Below are positions 28,662 through 36,451 of a DNA stretch of 64,000 nucleotides, piece after piece. Position 1 is the first letter of the stretch. Every line of letters begins with the position of its first letter. The stretch is from an uncultured Clostridia bacterium. Its GTDB lineage: Bacteria > Bacillota > Clostridia > TANB77 > CAG-465. Made by a program: the position numbers and the translations under genes. The stretch is from NCBI GenBank assembly GCA_934130595.1, contig CAKOYF010000008.1, forward strand, positions 2,229 through 66,228, given 5' to 3'. The notes below the pieces were generated by a model. That model had not been told where the DNA came from. It ran no database searches and worked only from the letters and a program-made list of their open reading frames with translations.

Positions 28662-30110
28662 ATGAGTTTTTTTAATGAGTATAGGGACATTATAATAGAG
28701 GTAATTAAAGCAGCTATAGTAGCTATAGCTGCAATCCTCGTATATATTATATGTACCAGAGGAAAAAGAAAAAAAGAAAAAAGTGTAAAAAAACAGGCAT
28801 ATACAGATGAACTTACTCAAAAAGGAAATAGATATTTGTTTTATTTAGAACTAGATAAATTAATAGAGCAAGATAAGAATTTAGCAGTTTGTTTTATGGA
28901 TTTAGATGGATTTAAACAAATAAATGATGCACTAGGTCATGATATTGGAGATGAAGTGCTAAAAGCTGTTTCATGTAAGTTTGATGAATCATTACCAAGT
29001 AATGCAAAGGCATATAGACTTGGTGGAGATGAATTTGCTATAGTTATTAGCCAAATAAGTAGTAAAGAAGAAGTTATATTAATACTTGAAAACTTAAAAA
29101 ATAATATGGCAAAACCAGTTGTCATAGAAAACAATACAATTTCTATAGAGTATAGTTTAGGAGTAGTACTTGCGCTCGATGAAAGATATTCTAGAAAAGA
29201 TTTAGTAAACTACGCAGATAATGCTATGTATTATATTAAAGAGCATGGTGGAAATGATTATTATTTCCATAATGAGAGTCTTAAAGCTCAACTTGAAAAT
29301 AATGTAAAAATGGAAAATGATTTAAAGAAAGCTTATCAAAACAAAGAGTTTGGAATAGAGTTACAGCCAAGAATAAATGCTAATGATACATCTAAGATTG
29401 GATTTGAGGCTTTATTAATATGGAATCATTCTGTACTTGGATGTCTTGATGCTGCATACTTCATTACTCAAGCTGAAATGATGGGACTTACAATAAAGTT
29501 AGATGAATTTGTATTAAAAGCAGTTTGTGAGAAAATATTGTATTTTAAAGATAAAGGATATAATAATGTTCAAATAGCAGTAAATATATCACATAAAAAT
29601 GCATTTAAGAAAGAATTTGTTGATACAATATGTGACATTATTTCATCATATAATTTACCAGAGGGCAGTTTACAAATTGAAATGACTGGTAACTTAGAAA
29701 TATCTAGATTTGAAACATATAAAAATATGTTTGAAAGATTAAAAGAACTTGGTGTAGATATAATAATTAATAATTTTGAAATTAACCAAGAAGCATTAGA
29801 GATATTTGCTGAATTACCTATTGATGAAGTTAAAATTAGCTCTAGTTTATTATCTAGTGAAAAGATAAATGAAAAAGTATTTTTAGATTTAATAAATTTA
29901 AGTAAAGATTTAGGATATAAAGTAATAGTTGGTAGAGTAAATGATGATAAAAAACTAGTTAAGGCAATAACAGATAATGCAGATAAGATTCAAGGAAACT
30001 TTTTATTTAAAAAGATGGACGAAAATCTAGCTGAAGAAGTATTAGCAAACTATGGAACTTATAGATTAAGAATTGATGAAATTATAGTTAATGCAAAAAA
30101 GATGTATTAA
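28662..30110 (+). CDS. membrane-anchored GGDEF-EAL protein (c-di-GMP turnover)
   Basis: N-terminal TM; RLGGDEF motif; ELQPR...FEALLIW EAL-domain start. ATG 28662 after AAAGGTGA is preferred over GTG 28653. Confidence 0.85.
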   Translation: MSFFNEYRDIIIEVIKAAIVAIAAILVYIICTRGKRKKEKSVKKQAYTDELTQKGNRYLFYLELDKLIEQDKNLAVCFMDLDGFKQINDALGHDIGDEVLKAVSCKFDESLPSNAKAYRLGGDEFAIVISQISSKEEVILILENLKNNMAKPVVIENNTISIEYSLGVVLALDERYSRKDLVNYADNAMYYIKEHGGNDYYFHNESLKAQLENNVKMENDLKKAYQNKEFGIELQPRINANDTSKIGFEALLIWNHSVLGCLDAAYFITQAEMMGLTIKLDEFVLKAVCEKILYFKDKGYNNVQIAVNISHKNAFKKEFVDTICDIISSYNLPEGSLQIEMTGNLEISRFETYKNMFERLKELGVDIIINNFEINQEALEIFAELPIDEVKISSSLLSSEKINEKVFLDLINLSKDLGYKVIVGRVNDDKKLVKAITDNADKIQGNFLFKKMDENLAEEVLANYGTYRLRIDEIIVNAKKMY

Positions 30111-30133
30111 TTTAAAAAAAGAGTAAAAAACTG

Positions 30134-30162
30134 TTGACAAATATAACAACTTAAGTTATAAT
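30134..30162 (+). promoter_or_regulatory. consensus sigma-A promoter of tRNA operon 1
   Basis: TTGACA (30134-30139), 17-nt spacer, TATAAT (30157-30162). Embedded in a 15-nt perfect inverted repeat (30131-30145 / 30163-30177). Confidence 0.8.
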
Positions 30163-30183
30163 TATATTTGTCAACAGGTAAGT

Positions 30184-30259
30184 GGGCGCTTAGCTCAGTT
30201 GGGAGAGCATCTGCCTTACAAGCAGGGGGTCACAGGTTCGAGCCCTGTAGTGCCCACCA
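30184..30259 (+). tRNA. tRNA-Val(UAC)
   Basis: Hand-folded cloverleaf: acceptor GGGCGCT/AGTGCCC, anticodon loop CTTACAA, T-loop GGTTCGAGCC, encoded CCA. Confidence 0.92.
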
Positions 30260-30269
30260 CTTATTTATT

Positions 30270-30346
30270 GGCCTGGTAGTTCAGTTGGTTAGAACGCTAG
30301 CCTGTCACGCTAGAGGTCGTGGGTCCGAGCCCCATCCAGGTCGCCA
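30270..30346 (+). tRNA. tRNA-Asp(GUC)
   Basis: Acceptor GGCCTGG/CCAGGTC, anticodon stem CTAGC/GCTAG with loop CTGTCAC, encoded CCA. Confidence 0.92.
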
Positions 30347-30367
30347 CTTTTTTTTTACCGATTTTTC

Positions 30368-30443
30368 GGTCAGATAGCTCAGTCGGTAGAGCAGGGGACT
30401 GAAAATCCCCGTGTCGGGGGTTCGATTCCCTCTCTGACCACCA
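30368..30443 (+). tRNA. tRNA-Phe(GAA)
   Basis: Acceptor GGTCAGA/TCTGACC, anticodon stem GGGGA/TCCCC with loop CTGAAAA, T-loop GGTTCGATTCC, encoded CCA. Confidence 0.92.
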
Positions 30444-30447
30444 AGAT

Positions 30448-30474
30448 AGTACTCCATTAAGGAGTACTTTTTTG
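30448..30474 (+). terminator. intrinsic terminator of tRNA operon 1
   Basis: GTACTCC / GGAGTAC stem, then TTTTTT. Confidence 0.8.
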
Positions 30475-30638
30475 TTGTTGGACCAATTGTAAGAAACTTG
30501 TTTAGACTTATGTTTAAAAGCCAAATAAAAGAATAATTTAAAATATTTATTAGTATTAGCTTTTTTCTTGCTATTTAATAAATACTATGATATAAAAATG
30601 TATATAAAAAATATCATTTGAAAGTGAGGAAACATAGT

Positions 30639-31031
30639 ATGAAATTTTATATAGGATCAAGTATGAAAAACTTTAAGGCAGTAGATTATTATACAAAAGT
30701 TTTAAAGGAAAACAATTGGGAGCACACATATAATTGGGTTGAAAATATAGACAAAGATGAAAAGTTTGATGATTTAGCTAATTATGCAAAATGTGAAAAA
30801 GATGCTATAGAAAAAAGTGATGTGGTAATCATATTGTTACCAGCAGGTAGAGGAACACATGTTGAACTAGGACTTGCACTAGCATACGGAAAAAAAGTAT
30901 TTTTATGTGCAGAAGATAAAGAAGAATTTAGCATAGAAAATACAGTTGCATTTTACGAGCTAGAAAGTGTAGAAAAATTAGTAGGAACACCAGAAGAAAA
31001 CTTGAAAAAAATTCTTGAATTAAAAAAATAA
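30639..31031 (+). CDS. nucleoside 2-deoxyribosyltransferase-like fold protein
   Basis: About 130 aa; SDVVIILLPAGRGTHVELGLALAYGKKVF resembles the G..E.G.A.A.GK motif of that superfamily. ATG 30639 after GTGAGGA. Confidence 0.45.
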   Translation: MKFYIGSSMKNFKAVDYYTKVLKENNWEHTYNWVENIDKDEKFDDLANYAKCEKDAIEKSDVVIILLPAGRGTHVELGLALAYGKKVFLCAEDKEEFSIENTVAFYELESVEKLVGTPEENLKKILELKK

Positions 31032-31044
31032 AGTTAATATAGTA

Positions 31045-31070
31045 AGCACCATATTTTATGGTGCTTTTTG
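31045..31070 (+). terminator. intrinsic terminator
   Basis: AGCACCAT / ATGGTGCT stem, then TTTTT. Confidence 0.8.
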
Positions 31071-31129
31071 TCATTTAGTAGTCATTTGTACCTGTTATAA
31101 TATTAAGTATAAAAAGGTAGTGATAAGAT

Positions 31130-31831
31130 ATGAAAACTTGTATTAATGGTATAAAAATAATAATTTTCTCTTTTTTGTGTATGATAGTGTATTATATTGT
31201 TTGTGGATATAATATGTATAGCAGTGCTTTAGAAAATGAACCACTAGATACTAAAGTTATGCAAATAAAACAAAAACAAAATTACACTAAGCTTTCAGAA
31301 TTACCACAGATTTATCTTGATGCTGTTGTTGCAGTAGAAGACCATAGATTTTTCAGACATAATGGAATAGACATTATATCTATAGTAAGAGCAGGTTTAA
31401 ATGATATAAAGGCAATGTCTTTTGTTGAAGGTGGGAGCACTATCACTCAACAACTTGCTAAAAATATATATTTTAGCCAGAAAAAAGAAATAACAAGAAA
31501 GATAGCAGAAGTGTTTATGGCTTTTAAAATAGAGAAAAATTATACAAAAGAAGAAATATTAGAACTGTACATAAATACAGCTTATTATGGAAATGGGTAT
31601 TATAGCCCTAAAGAGGCCTGCTTAGGATATTTTAACAAGGAACTAATAAATATGACTGATGATGAAGCAATAATGCTTGTAGGAATACCTAATGCTCCAT
31701 CTGTGTACAATCCTAAAGTCAATATGCAACTTGCAAAACAAAGACAAATGCAAGTGATTAAGAAGATGATAATGTATGGATATTTATCTCAATATGAGGC
31801 AGATAAAATTTTAAACCAAAATGATATATAA
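31130..31831 (+). CDS. monofunctional peptidoglycan glycosyltransferase (GT51)
   Basis: 233 aa; TM anchor; EDHRFFRHNGID, GGSTITQQLAKN and RKI.E motifs; no transpeptidase domain. Confidence 0.88.
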   Translation: MKTCINGIKIIIFSFLCMIVYYIVCGYNMYSSALENEPLDTKVMQIKQKQNYTKLSELPQIYLDAVVAVEDHRFFRHNGIDIISIVRAGLNDIKAMSFVEGGSTITQQLAKNIYFSQKKEITRKIAEVFMAFKIEKNYTKEEILELYINTAYYGNGYYSPKEACLGYFNKELINMTDDEAIMLVGIPNAPSVYNPKVNMQLAKQRQMQVIKKMIMYGYLSQYEADKILNQNDI

Positions 31832-31835
31832 TTGA

Positions 31836-31864
31836 TTGACAAAATACTACAATTATTGTATTAT
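31836..31864 (+). promoter_or_regulatory. sigma-A-type promoter of prs
   Basis: TTGACA, 17-nt spacer, TATTAT. Confidence 0.55.
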
Positions 31865-31948
31865 AGTCTCGACTTTAAAATTTTAAAAAATCTACTTAAA
31901 TTAAGTAGACTGGCATCTTAGAAAAAAATTTTTTAAGGAGGAAAGAAT

Positions 31949-32899
31949 ATGAATGATATTAAAATTTTTTCATGCAATTCTGCTGAGGACTTTACAAAAG
32001 AAATATGCGAGTATTTAGATTTACCACTTGGTAAAATAAATATTATGAAGTTTAAAAATGACAACACTTTTGTACAAATACTAGAAACAGTAAGAGAAAA
32101 GGATGTTTACGTTGTTCAAACAACTAAGCCTCCAGTAAATGAAAGAGTTATGGAGTTATTAATAGTAATTGAAGCTTTAAAAAGAGCATCTGCAAGAAGA
32201 ATTAATGTGGTTTTACCATATTATATTTATTCTCGTTCAGACAAAAAGGATCAACCAAGAGTACCAGTTACAGCTAAGTTAATAGCTAAGCTTTTAGAAG
32301 CAGCAGGTGCTACAAGAGTTATAACTTGTGATTTGCATAATCCAGCAATTCAGGCTTATTTTGATATTAACTGTGATAGAATATCTGCACAGGGAATTTT
32401 ACAAGAGTATTTTAAAAATAAAAACTTAAAGAATATGGTTGTTGTAGCAACAGATGCAGGAAGTTCTAAAAAAGCATATAAATACTCTAAATATTTAGAC
32501 TGTCCTATTGCGTTAATAGATAAAAGAAGAAACGGAAATGACGATAAGGCTATAGCAACTAATGTTATAGGTGAAGTAAGAGGCAAACAGGCAATAATTT
32601 TTGATGATGAAATAGACACAGCAGGCTCAATCATTGAGACAGCTAGAATTCTTGAAGAAAATGGTGCAAGTGAAATATATGCAGGATGTACTCATGGAAT
32701 ATTATCTGCAGATGCAGTAGACAGAATAGAAAAATCTCCAATAAAAGAACTTGTTATTACAAACACGGTACCATTAGATGAGAAAAAGAAAATAGATAAA
32801 ATAAAAGTATTATCTATTGCACCTTTATTTGCAGAATCGATAAGAAGAATAAATGAAGGCAAACCATTAGGTGAATTATTAACAATTGAAAAAGAATGA
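31949..32899 (+). CDS. prs: ribose-phosphate pyrophosphokinase
   Basis: 316 aa; DLHN..IQ.YF and IFDDEIDTAGS (PRPP-binding loop). Confidence 0.93.
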   Translation: MNDIKIFSCNSAEDFTKEICEYLDLPLGKINIMKFKNDNTFVQILETVREKDVYVVQTTKPPVNERVMELLIVIEALKRASARRINVVLPYYIYSRSDKKDQPRVPVTAKLIAKLLEAAGATRVITCDLHNPAIQAYFDINCDRISAQGILQEYFKNKNLKNMVVVATDAGSSKKAYKYSKYLDCPIALIDKRRNGNDDKAIATNVIGEVRGKQAIIFDDEIDTAGSIIETARILEENGASEIYAGCTHGILSADAVDRIEKSPIKELVITNTVPLDEKKKIDKIKVLSIAPLFAESIRRINEGKPLGELLTIEKE

Positions 32900-32932
32900 A
32901 AGAAGCTCTTAAAAGGGCTTCTTATTTTTTTT
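32900..32932 (+). terminator. intrinsic terminator
   Basis: AAGAAGC / GCTTCTT stem, then ATTTTTTTT. Confidence 0.75.
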
Positions 32933-33011
32933 ATAATAAAAAAGAACAGCAATAGTTGTAATAATATATTTTAAATGGTAGAATATGTTATATGTAAAGG
33001 AGAGATTTTAT

Positions 33012-33689
33012 ATGAAAAAGTTTTCAAATATTCTATGGGGAGTAATACTTATTGCTATAGGAATAATATGGGGCTTAAACGCAACAGGTATTGCCAAAAT
33101 AAACATCTTTTTTGAAGGATGGTGGACATTATTTTTAATAATTCCAAGTATAATTGGAATTATAGAAAAACCTAAAGATTCATCTGGATATATTTTTCTT
33201 GCAATAGGTGTTATATTACTTTTAGGTGCAAGAGATTTAATTTCTTTCGAAATAATTGGTGAGTTAATTTTCCCTATAATCTTAGTATTAATAGGTGCTG
33301 GAATAATATTTAAAGATACAATTAATGGGGAAGTTTCAAAACAAATTGCAAAGATAGATAAAAATGGTACAGAAATATATACATCAACTTTTTCAGATAA
33401 TAAAATAAAATTATCTGGAGATGAGTTTAAAAATGCAAAACTAGATGCAACTTTTGGAAGTATAACATTAGATTTATCTGAATGTAATATTCAAACTGAT
33501 GGAGTTATAACTGCAAGTGCTATATTTGCAAGCATAGATATAATTGTTCCTAAAGATGTAAAAGTAAAAGTAAAATCTACTGGTATTTTTGGAGCAACAG
33601 ATAACAAAATAAAAAATACTAATATAGAAGGAGCAAAAACAATCTATGTAGAGAGTTTAGCTTTATTTGGAGGAGTGGATATAAAGTGA
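33012..33689 (+). CDS. LiaF-like cell-wall-stress membrane protein (DUF2154-like C-terminus)
   Basis: Four predicted TM helices, then a beta-rich tail ending FGG.DIK. ATG 33012 after AAGGAGAG. Confidence 0.6.
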   Translation: MKKFSNILWGVILIAIGIIWGLNATGIAKINIFFEGWWTLFLIIPSIIGIIEKPKDSSGYIFLAIGVILLLGARDLISFEIIGELIFPIILVLIGAGIIFKDTINGEVSKQIAKIDKNGTEIYTSTFSDNKIKLSGDEFKNAKLDATFGSITLDLSECNIQTDGVITASAIFASIDIIVPKDVKVKVKSTGIFGATDNKIKNTNIEGAKTIYVESLALFGGVDIK

Positions 33690-34531
33690 CAACATTTCAA
33701 AAAATTGTAAAAGCTGCAGCAATAGCTTTAGCTATATTTATAATATTTACCATGGTTTCTACAATTCTTAGTATTACATTTACAATTTTTGGAGGAAATT
33801 TATTATTTAATTTAATAGGTCAAAATTCAGAAATTGTTACAGTTAACGAAGAAAAAATAGAAAACGTTTTTGATATTGAGCAGGTGAGAAACTTAAATAT
33901 AAATACAAGCATAGAAAATGTAGAAATACTTAGAGGTGAAAATGAATTTAGAGTTGTTGCAGAAAATATAGCAGGAAAATATAAATGTGATGTAACAGAT
34001 GAAACATTAAACATCCAAAGTAAAGTGGATAAAAAAGTAAATATAAATGGCCAAAGCAAAATAAAGATATACATTCCAAAAGATTTTGTATTTGATAGTG
34101 CTAAAGTAAAATTAGGACTTGGAGATACAGATATAGAGAGTCTAGCTGCTCAAGATTTATCTATTGAATGTGGAACAGGAAAACTAGATATAAAATACTT
34201 AGAAGCTCAAGAATCATGTGATATATCATGTGGAGTAGGAAAAGTAGATATACAAAATGCAAATTTATCTAATCTACAGCTTGAGGCTGGAGTTGGAAAA
34301 TTAGACATTTCTTCAGCTTTAAAAGGACAATGCGATATTGAAGCAGGAGTTGGAGAACTAAATTTTAGAATATTAGAATTTAACGAAGAAGACAGTAAAA
34401 TTTTGATAGATAAAGGAATAGGAGCATTTAATGTTAATGGAAAGAGTACTTCTTTAGAAAAAATAGGAAACGGAACTAATACAACTATAAAAATAGAAGG
34501 CGGCGTTGGCGCTATCAATTTAGAATATTAA
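33686..34531 (+). CDS. DUF4097-like putative adhesin/beta-helix protein (LiaG-like)
   Basis: 281 aa; TM anchor; repeated G.GKLDI / GVGELN beta-helix rungs. Overlaps the upstream stop by 4 nt. Confidence 0.6.
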   Translation: MTTFQKIVKAAAIALAIFIIFTMVSTILSITFTIFGGNLLFNLIGQNSEIVTVNEEKIENVFDIEQVRNLNINTSIENVEILRGENEFRVVAENIAGKYKCDVTDETLNIQSKVDKKVNINGQSKIKIYIPKDFVFDSAKVKLGLGDTDIESLAAQDLSIECGTGKLDIKYLEAQESCDISCGVGKVDIQNANLSNLQLEAGVGKLDISSALKGQCDIEAGVGELNFRILEFNEEDSKILIDKGIGAFNVNGKSTSLEKIGNGTNTTIKIEGGVGAINLEY

Positions 34532-34538
34532 TTGTAAT

Positions 34539-34582
34539 GTGAAAAATACTTGAAATATTTGAATTTCAGGTATTTTTTCTTG
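34539..34582 (+). terminator. intrinsic terminator
   Basis: About 16-bp stem GAAAAATACTTGAAAT / ATTTCAGGTATTTTTC (one G-U pair), then a T-run. Confidence 0.75.
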
Positions 34583-34629
34583 AAAAAAATATTTGTTAAT
34601 GTTATCATTTTGATATAAGAGGTAAGACA

Positions 34630-35658
34630 ATGGATAATAAATCAAGAAAAGGATTAAAAAGAAGAAGTAGTATTATAACTATACTTATAGTTTTAATATT
34701 ATTAGCAATTGCTGCATTTATAACTATTAAATTAATAGATAATAATAGTGAAAAAAGCGAAAAAGAAGAAAAAGCGTACATTACAAACTTGGATGAAGAA
34801 GATAAAATCCAATATGAATATTCAAAAATCAGTAATGAATTAAAAGGAATGTATGCATTTGGAATATCACAAGACAAGCTAGTAGGTGTGGTAAGTAAAG
34901 ATAAGTATGTTGATATTGTATCAATAGACCCAACAAAAGAATATGATTACAATTATAGTAAAGGAAAATTATACTTATTAGAAAAAGAAAGTGGCAAAAT
35001 AACTGTATATGATTTAAAAGAAATAGGTAAAGAAGAACAAGTAATAGAATTAAATTGCAAGGTTGAATCTTTTGAATTATATAATGATAATGTATACTAT
35101 ATATCAGATAATAAACTTTTTAAATATAATAATGATGGTGTAGAAGAAGTATTTGAAAATGTTACTTCTAAAAATTTTGTAATAAAAAATGATACTTTTT
35201 ATTTATGCAAAGATGGAAATCTTATAAAAAGTGATATGGAAAAAAATGAAACTGTATTAGATAATGATGCAACAGAGGTATATTATTATAATTATTATGA
35301 AAGAGATAGATTAATATATGATACTACTCAAGACAATGAAAACTTATTTAAAAACATATACAATTTCTATACAGGAGATATTATAAATTCTATAAAAAAT
35401 GATACATATTTTGTACCATATTCAGCTTCAAATTATATTTATACAACTTTAGATAATAAAAATGTTATAATAATTGAAAAATCTGGTATGAGTGAATACT
35501 TATATAAGTCACAATCTGAAATAAAAAGCATAAACTTATATAAAGAAGGATACATTTCTATAAAAAATGACGAAAAAGAGACAATTATTAGTTTAGAAAC
35601 ATATAAAGAAATAGAAGATAACATAAATGATTTATATAATATAAAATATTTGAAATAA
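34630..35658 (+). CDS. membrane-anchored DUF5050-like protein (paralog of 22463)
   Basis: 342 aa; TM (IITILIVLILLAIAAFITI); blades such as VYYISDNKLFKYNNDG and FYLCKDGNLIKSD. Confidence 0.55.
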   Translation: MDNKSRKGLKRRSSIITILIVLILLAIAAFITIKLIDNNSEKSEKEEKAYITNLDEEDKIQYEYSKISNELKGMYAFGISQDKLVGVVSKDKYVDIVSIDPTKEYDYNYSKGKLYLLEKESGKITVYDLKEIGKEEQVIELNCKVESFELYNDNVYYISDNKLFKYNNDGVEEVFENVTSKNFVIKNDTFYLCKDGNLIKSDMEKNETVLDNDATEVYYYNYYERDRLIYDTTQDNENLFKNIYNFYTGDIINSIKNDTYFVPYSASNYIYTTLDNKNVIIIEKSGMSEYLYKSQSEIKSINLYKEGYISIKNDEKETIISLETYKEIEDNINDLYNIKYLK

Positions 35659-35704
35659 TGTAGGAAAATACTACAAATTTAAGATGTTTTTTTACAAAAA
35701 AGTC

Positions 35705-35733
35705 TTGACAAACTAACACTCATTAGGTATAAT
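35705..35733 (+). promoter_or_regulatory. consensus sigma-A promoter of tRNA operon 2
   Basis: TTGACA (35705-35710), 17-nt spacer, TATAAT (35728-35733). TCTTGACA is mirrored by TGTCAAGA at 35740-35747. Confidence 0.8.
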
Positions 35734-35752
35734 AGTACATGTCAAGATGAGT

Positions 35753-35828
35753 GGGCGCTTAGCTCAGTTGGGAGAGCATCTGCCTTACAAGCAGGGGGTC
35801 ACAGGTTCGAGCCCTGTAGTGCCCACCA
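35753..35828 (+). tRNA. tRNA-Val(UAC)
   Basis: Identical to 30184-30259. Confidence 0.92.
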
Positions 35829-35838
35829 CTTATTTATT

Positions 35839-35915
35839 GGCCTGGTAGTTCAGTTGGTTAGAACGCTAGCCTGTCACGCTAGAGGTCGTGGGTCCGAGCC
35901 CCATCCAGGTCGCCA
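35839..35915 (+). tRNA. tRNA-Asp(GUC)
   Basis: Identical to 30270-30346. Confidence 0.92.
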
Positions 35916-35936
35916 CTTTTTTTTTACCGATTTTTC

Positions 35937-36012
35937 GGTCAGATAGCTCAGTCGGTAGAGCAGGGGACTGAAAATCCCCGTGTCGGGGGTTCGATTCCCT
36001 CTCTGACCACCA
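35937..36012 (+). tRNA. tRNA-Phe(GAA)
   Basis: Identical to 30368-30443. Confidence 0.92.
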
Positions 36013-36025
36013 AAATATAACTTAT

Positions 36026-36101
36026 GCGGGAATAGCTCAGTTGATAGAGCGCTGCCTTGCCAAGGCAGAGGTCGCGGGTTTGAGCCCCGTTTCCCGCTCC
36101 A
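36026..36101 (+). tRNA. tRNA-Gly(GCC)
   Basis: Acceptor GCGGGAA/TTCCCGC, anticodon stem CTGCC/GGCAG with loop TTGCCAA, encoded CCA. Confidence 0.9.
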
Positions 36102-36192
36102 TTTTTTATATTTATAAAATGTTATTTATGACATTTTATTTTTTTAGAAAAATTGTGAATAAATTTAACATTTTATAATATAATTTACTAAT

Positions 36193-36266
36193 GGCAACTT
36201 AGCCAAGCGGTAAGGCACGGGTCTGCAACACCCTGATGATCGGTTCGACTCCGATAGTTGCCTCCA
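36193..36266 (+). tRNA. tRNA-Cys(GCA)
   Basis: Acceptor GGCAACT/AGTTGCC, anticodon loop CTGCAAC, T-arm ATCGG-TTCGACT-CCGAT, encoded CCA. Confidence 0.88.
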
Positions 36267-36278
36267 TTAGTTTAAGAA

Positions 36279-36314
36279 GTGATATAAAACTGTAAAGTTT
36301 TATATCACTTTTTT
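36279..36314 (+). terminator. intrinsic terminator of tRNA operon 2
   Basis: GTGATATAAAAC / GTTTTATATCAC 12-bp stem, then TTTTTT. Confidence 0.85.
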
Positions 36315-36451
36315 GCTTTTAAAAGCATAAGAATATATTATGTATATAATAGTTACAATTGCATTACAAATATTGTTAATTCTTGTAAATAATGATAAAA
36401 TTTGTGTATATACGATACGGATAATACAATGAGAGCCTTGAGGGATGATAT

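Larger units (their letters stand above)
30181..30444 (+). repeat. 264-nt direct repeat, copy 1 (Val-Asp-Phe tRNA block)
   Basis: Base-for-base identical to 35750-36013 on reading both copies, including the spacers and the 9-T run. Confidence 0.9.
35750..36013 (+). repeat. 264-nt direct repeat, copy 2
   Basis: Identical to 30181-30444. Confidence 0.9.

Noticed and set aside
28662-30110. Checked whether the GGDEF-EAL protein is catalytically degenerate
   Set aside because: GGDEF (RLGGDEF) and the EAL motif (FEALLIW) are both present, so it looks like an ordinary dual-domain c-di-GMP enzyme. Finer residues cannot be judged by eye.
30168-30524. ORFs 30168-30377 (+) and 30297-30524 (-)
   Set aside because: They lie entirely over three well-folded tRNA genes and their terminator. 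The GC-rich tRNA sequence simply lacks stop codons.
31891-31909. Perfect palindrome TCTACTTAA-A-TTAAGTAGA in the prs leader, considered as a riboswitch or attenuator
   Set aside because: It is a single short AT-rich hairpin with no following U-run and no recognisable riboswitch core. This is insufficient evidence for regulation.
30445-36451. Looked for integrase, transposase or att-like repeats next to the tRNA operons (possible genomic island or prophage)
   Set aside because: No recombinase-like ORF is present. The only repeat is the tRNA block itself, and the genes in between are ordinary envelope and metabolic genes with typical composition.
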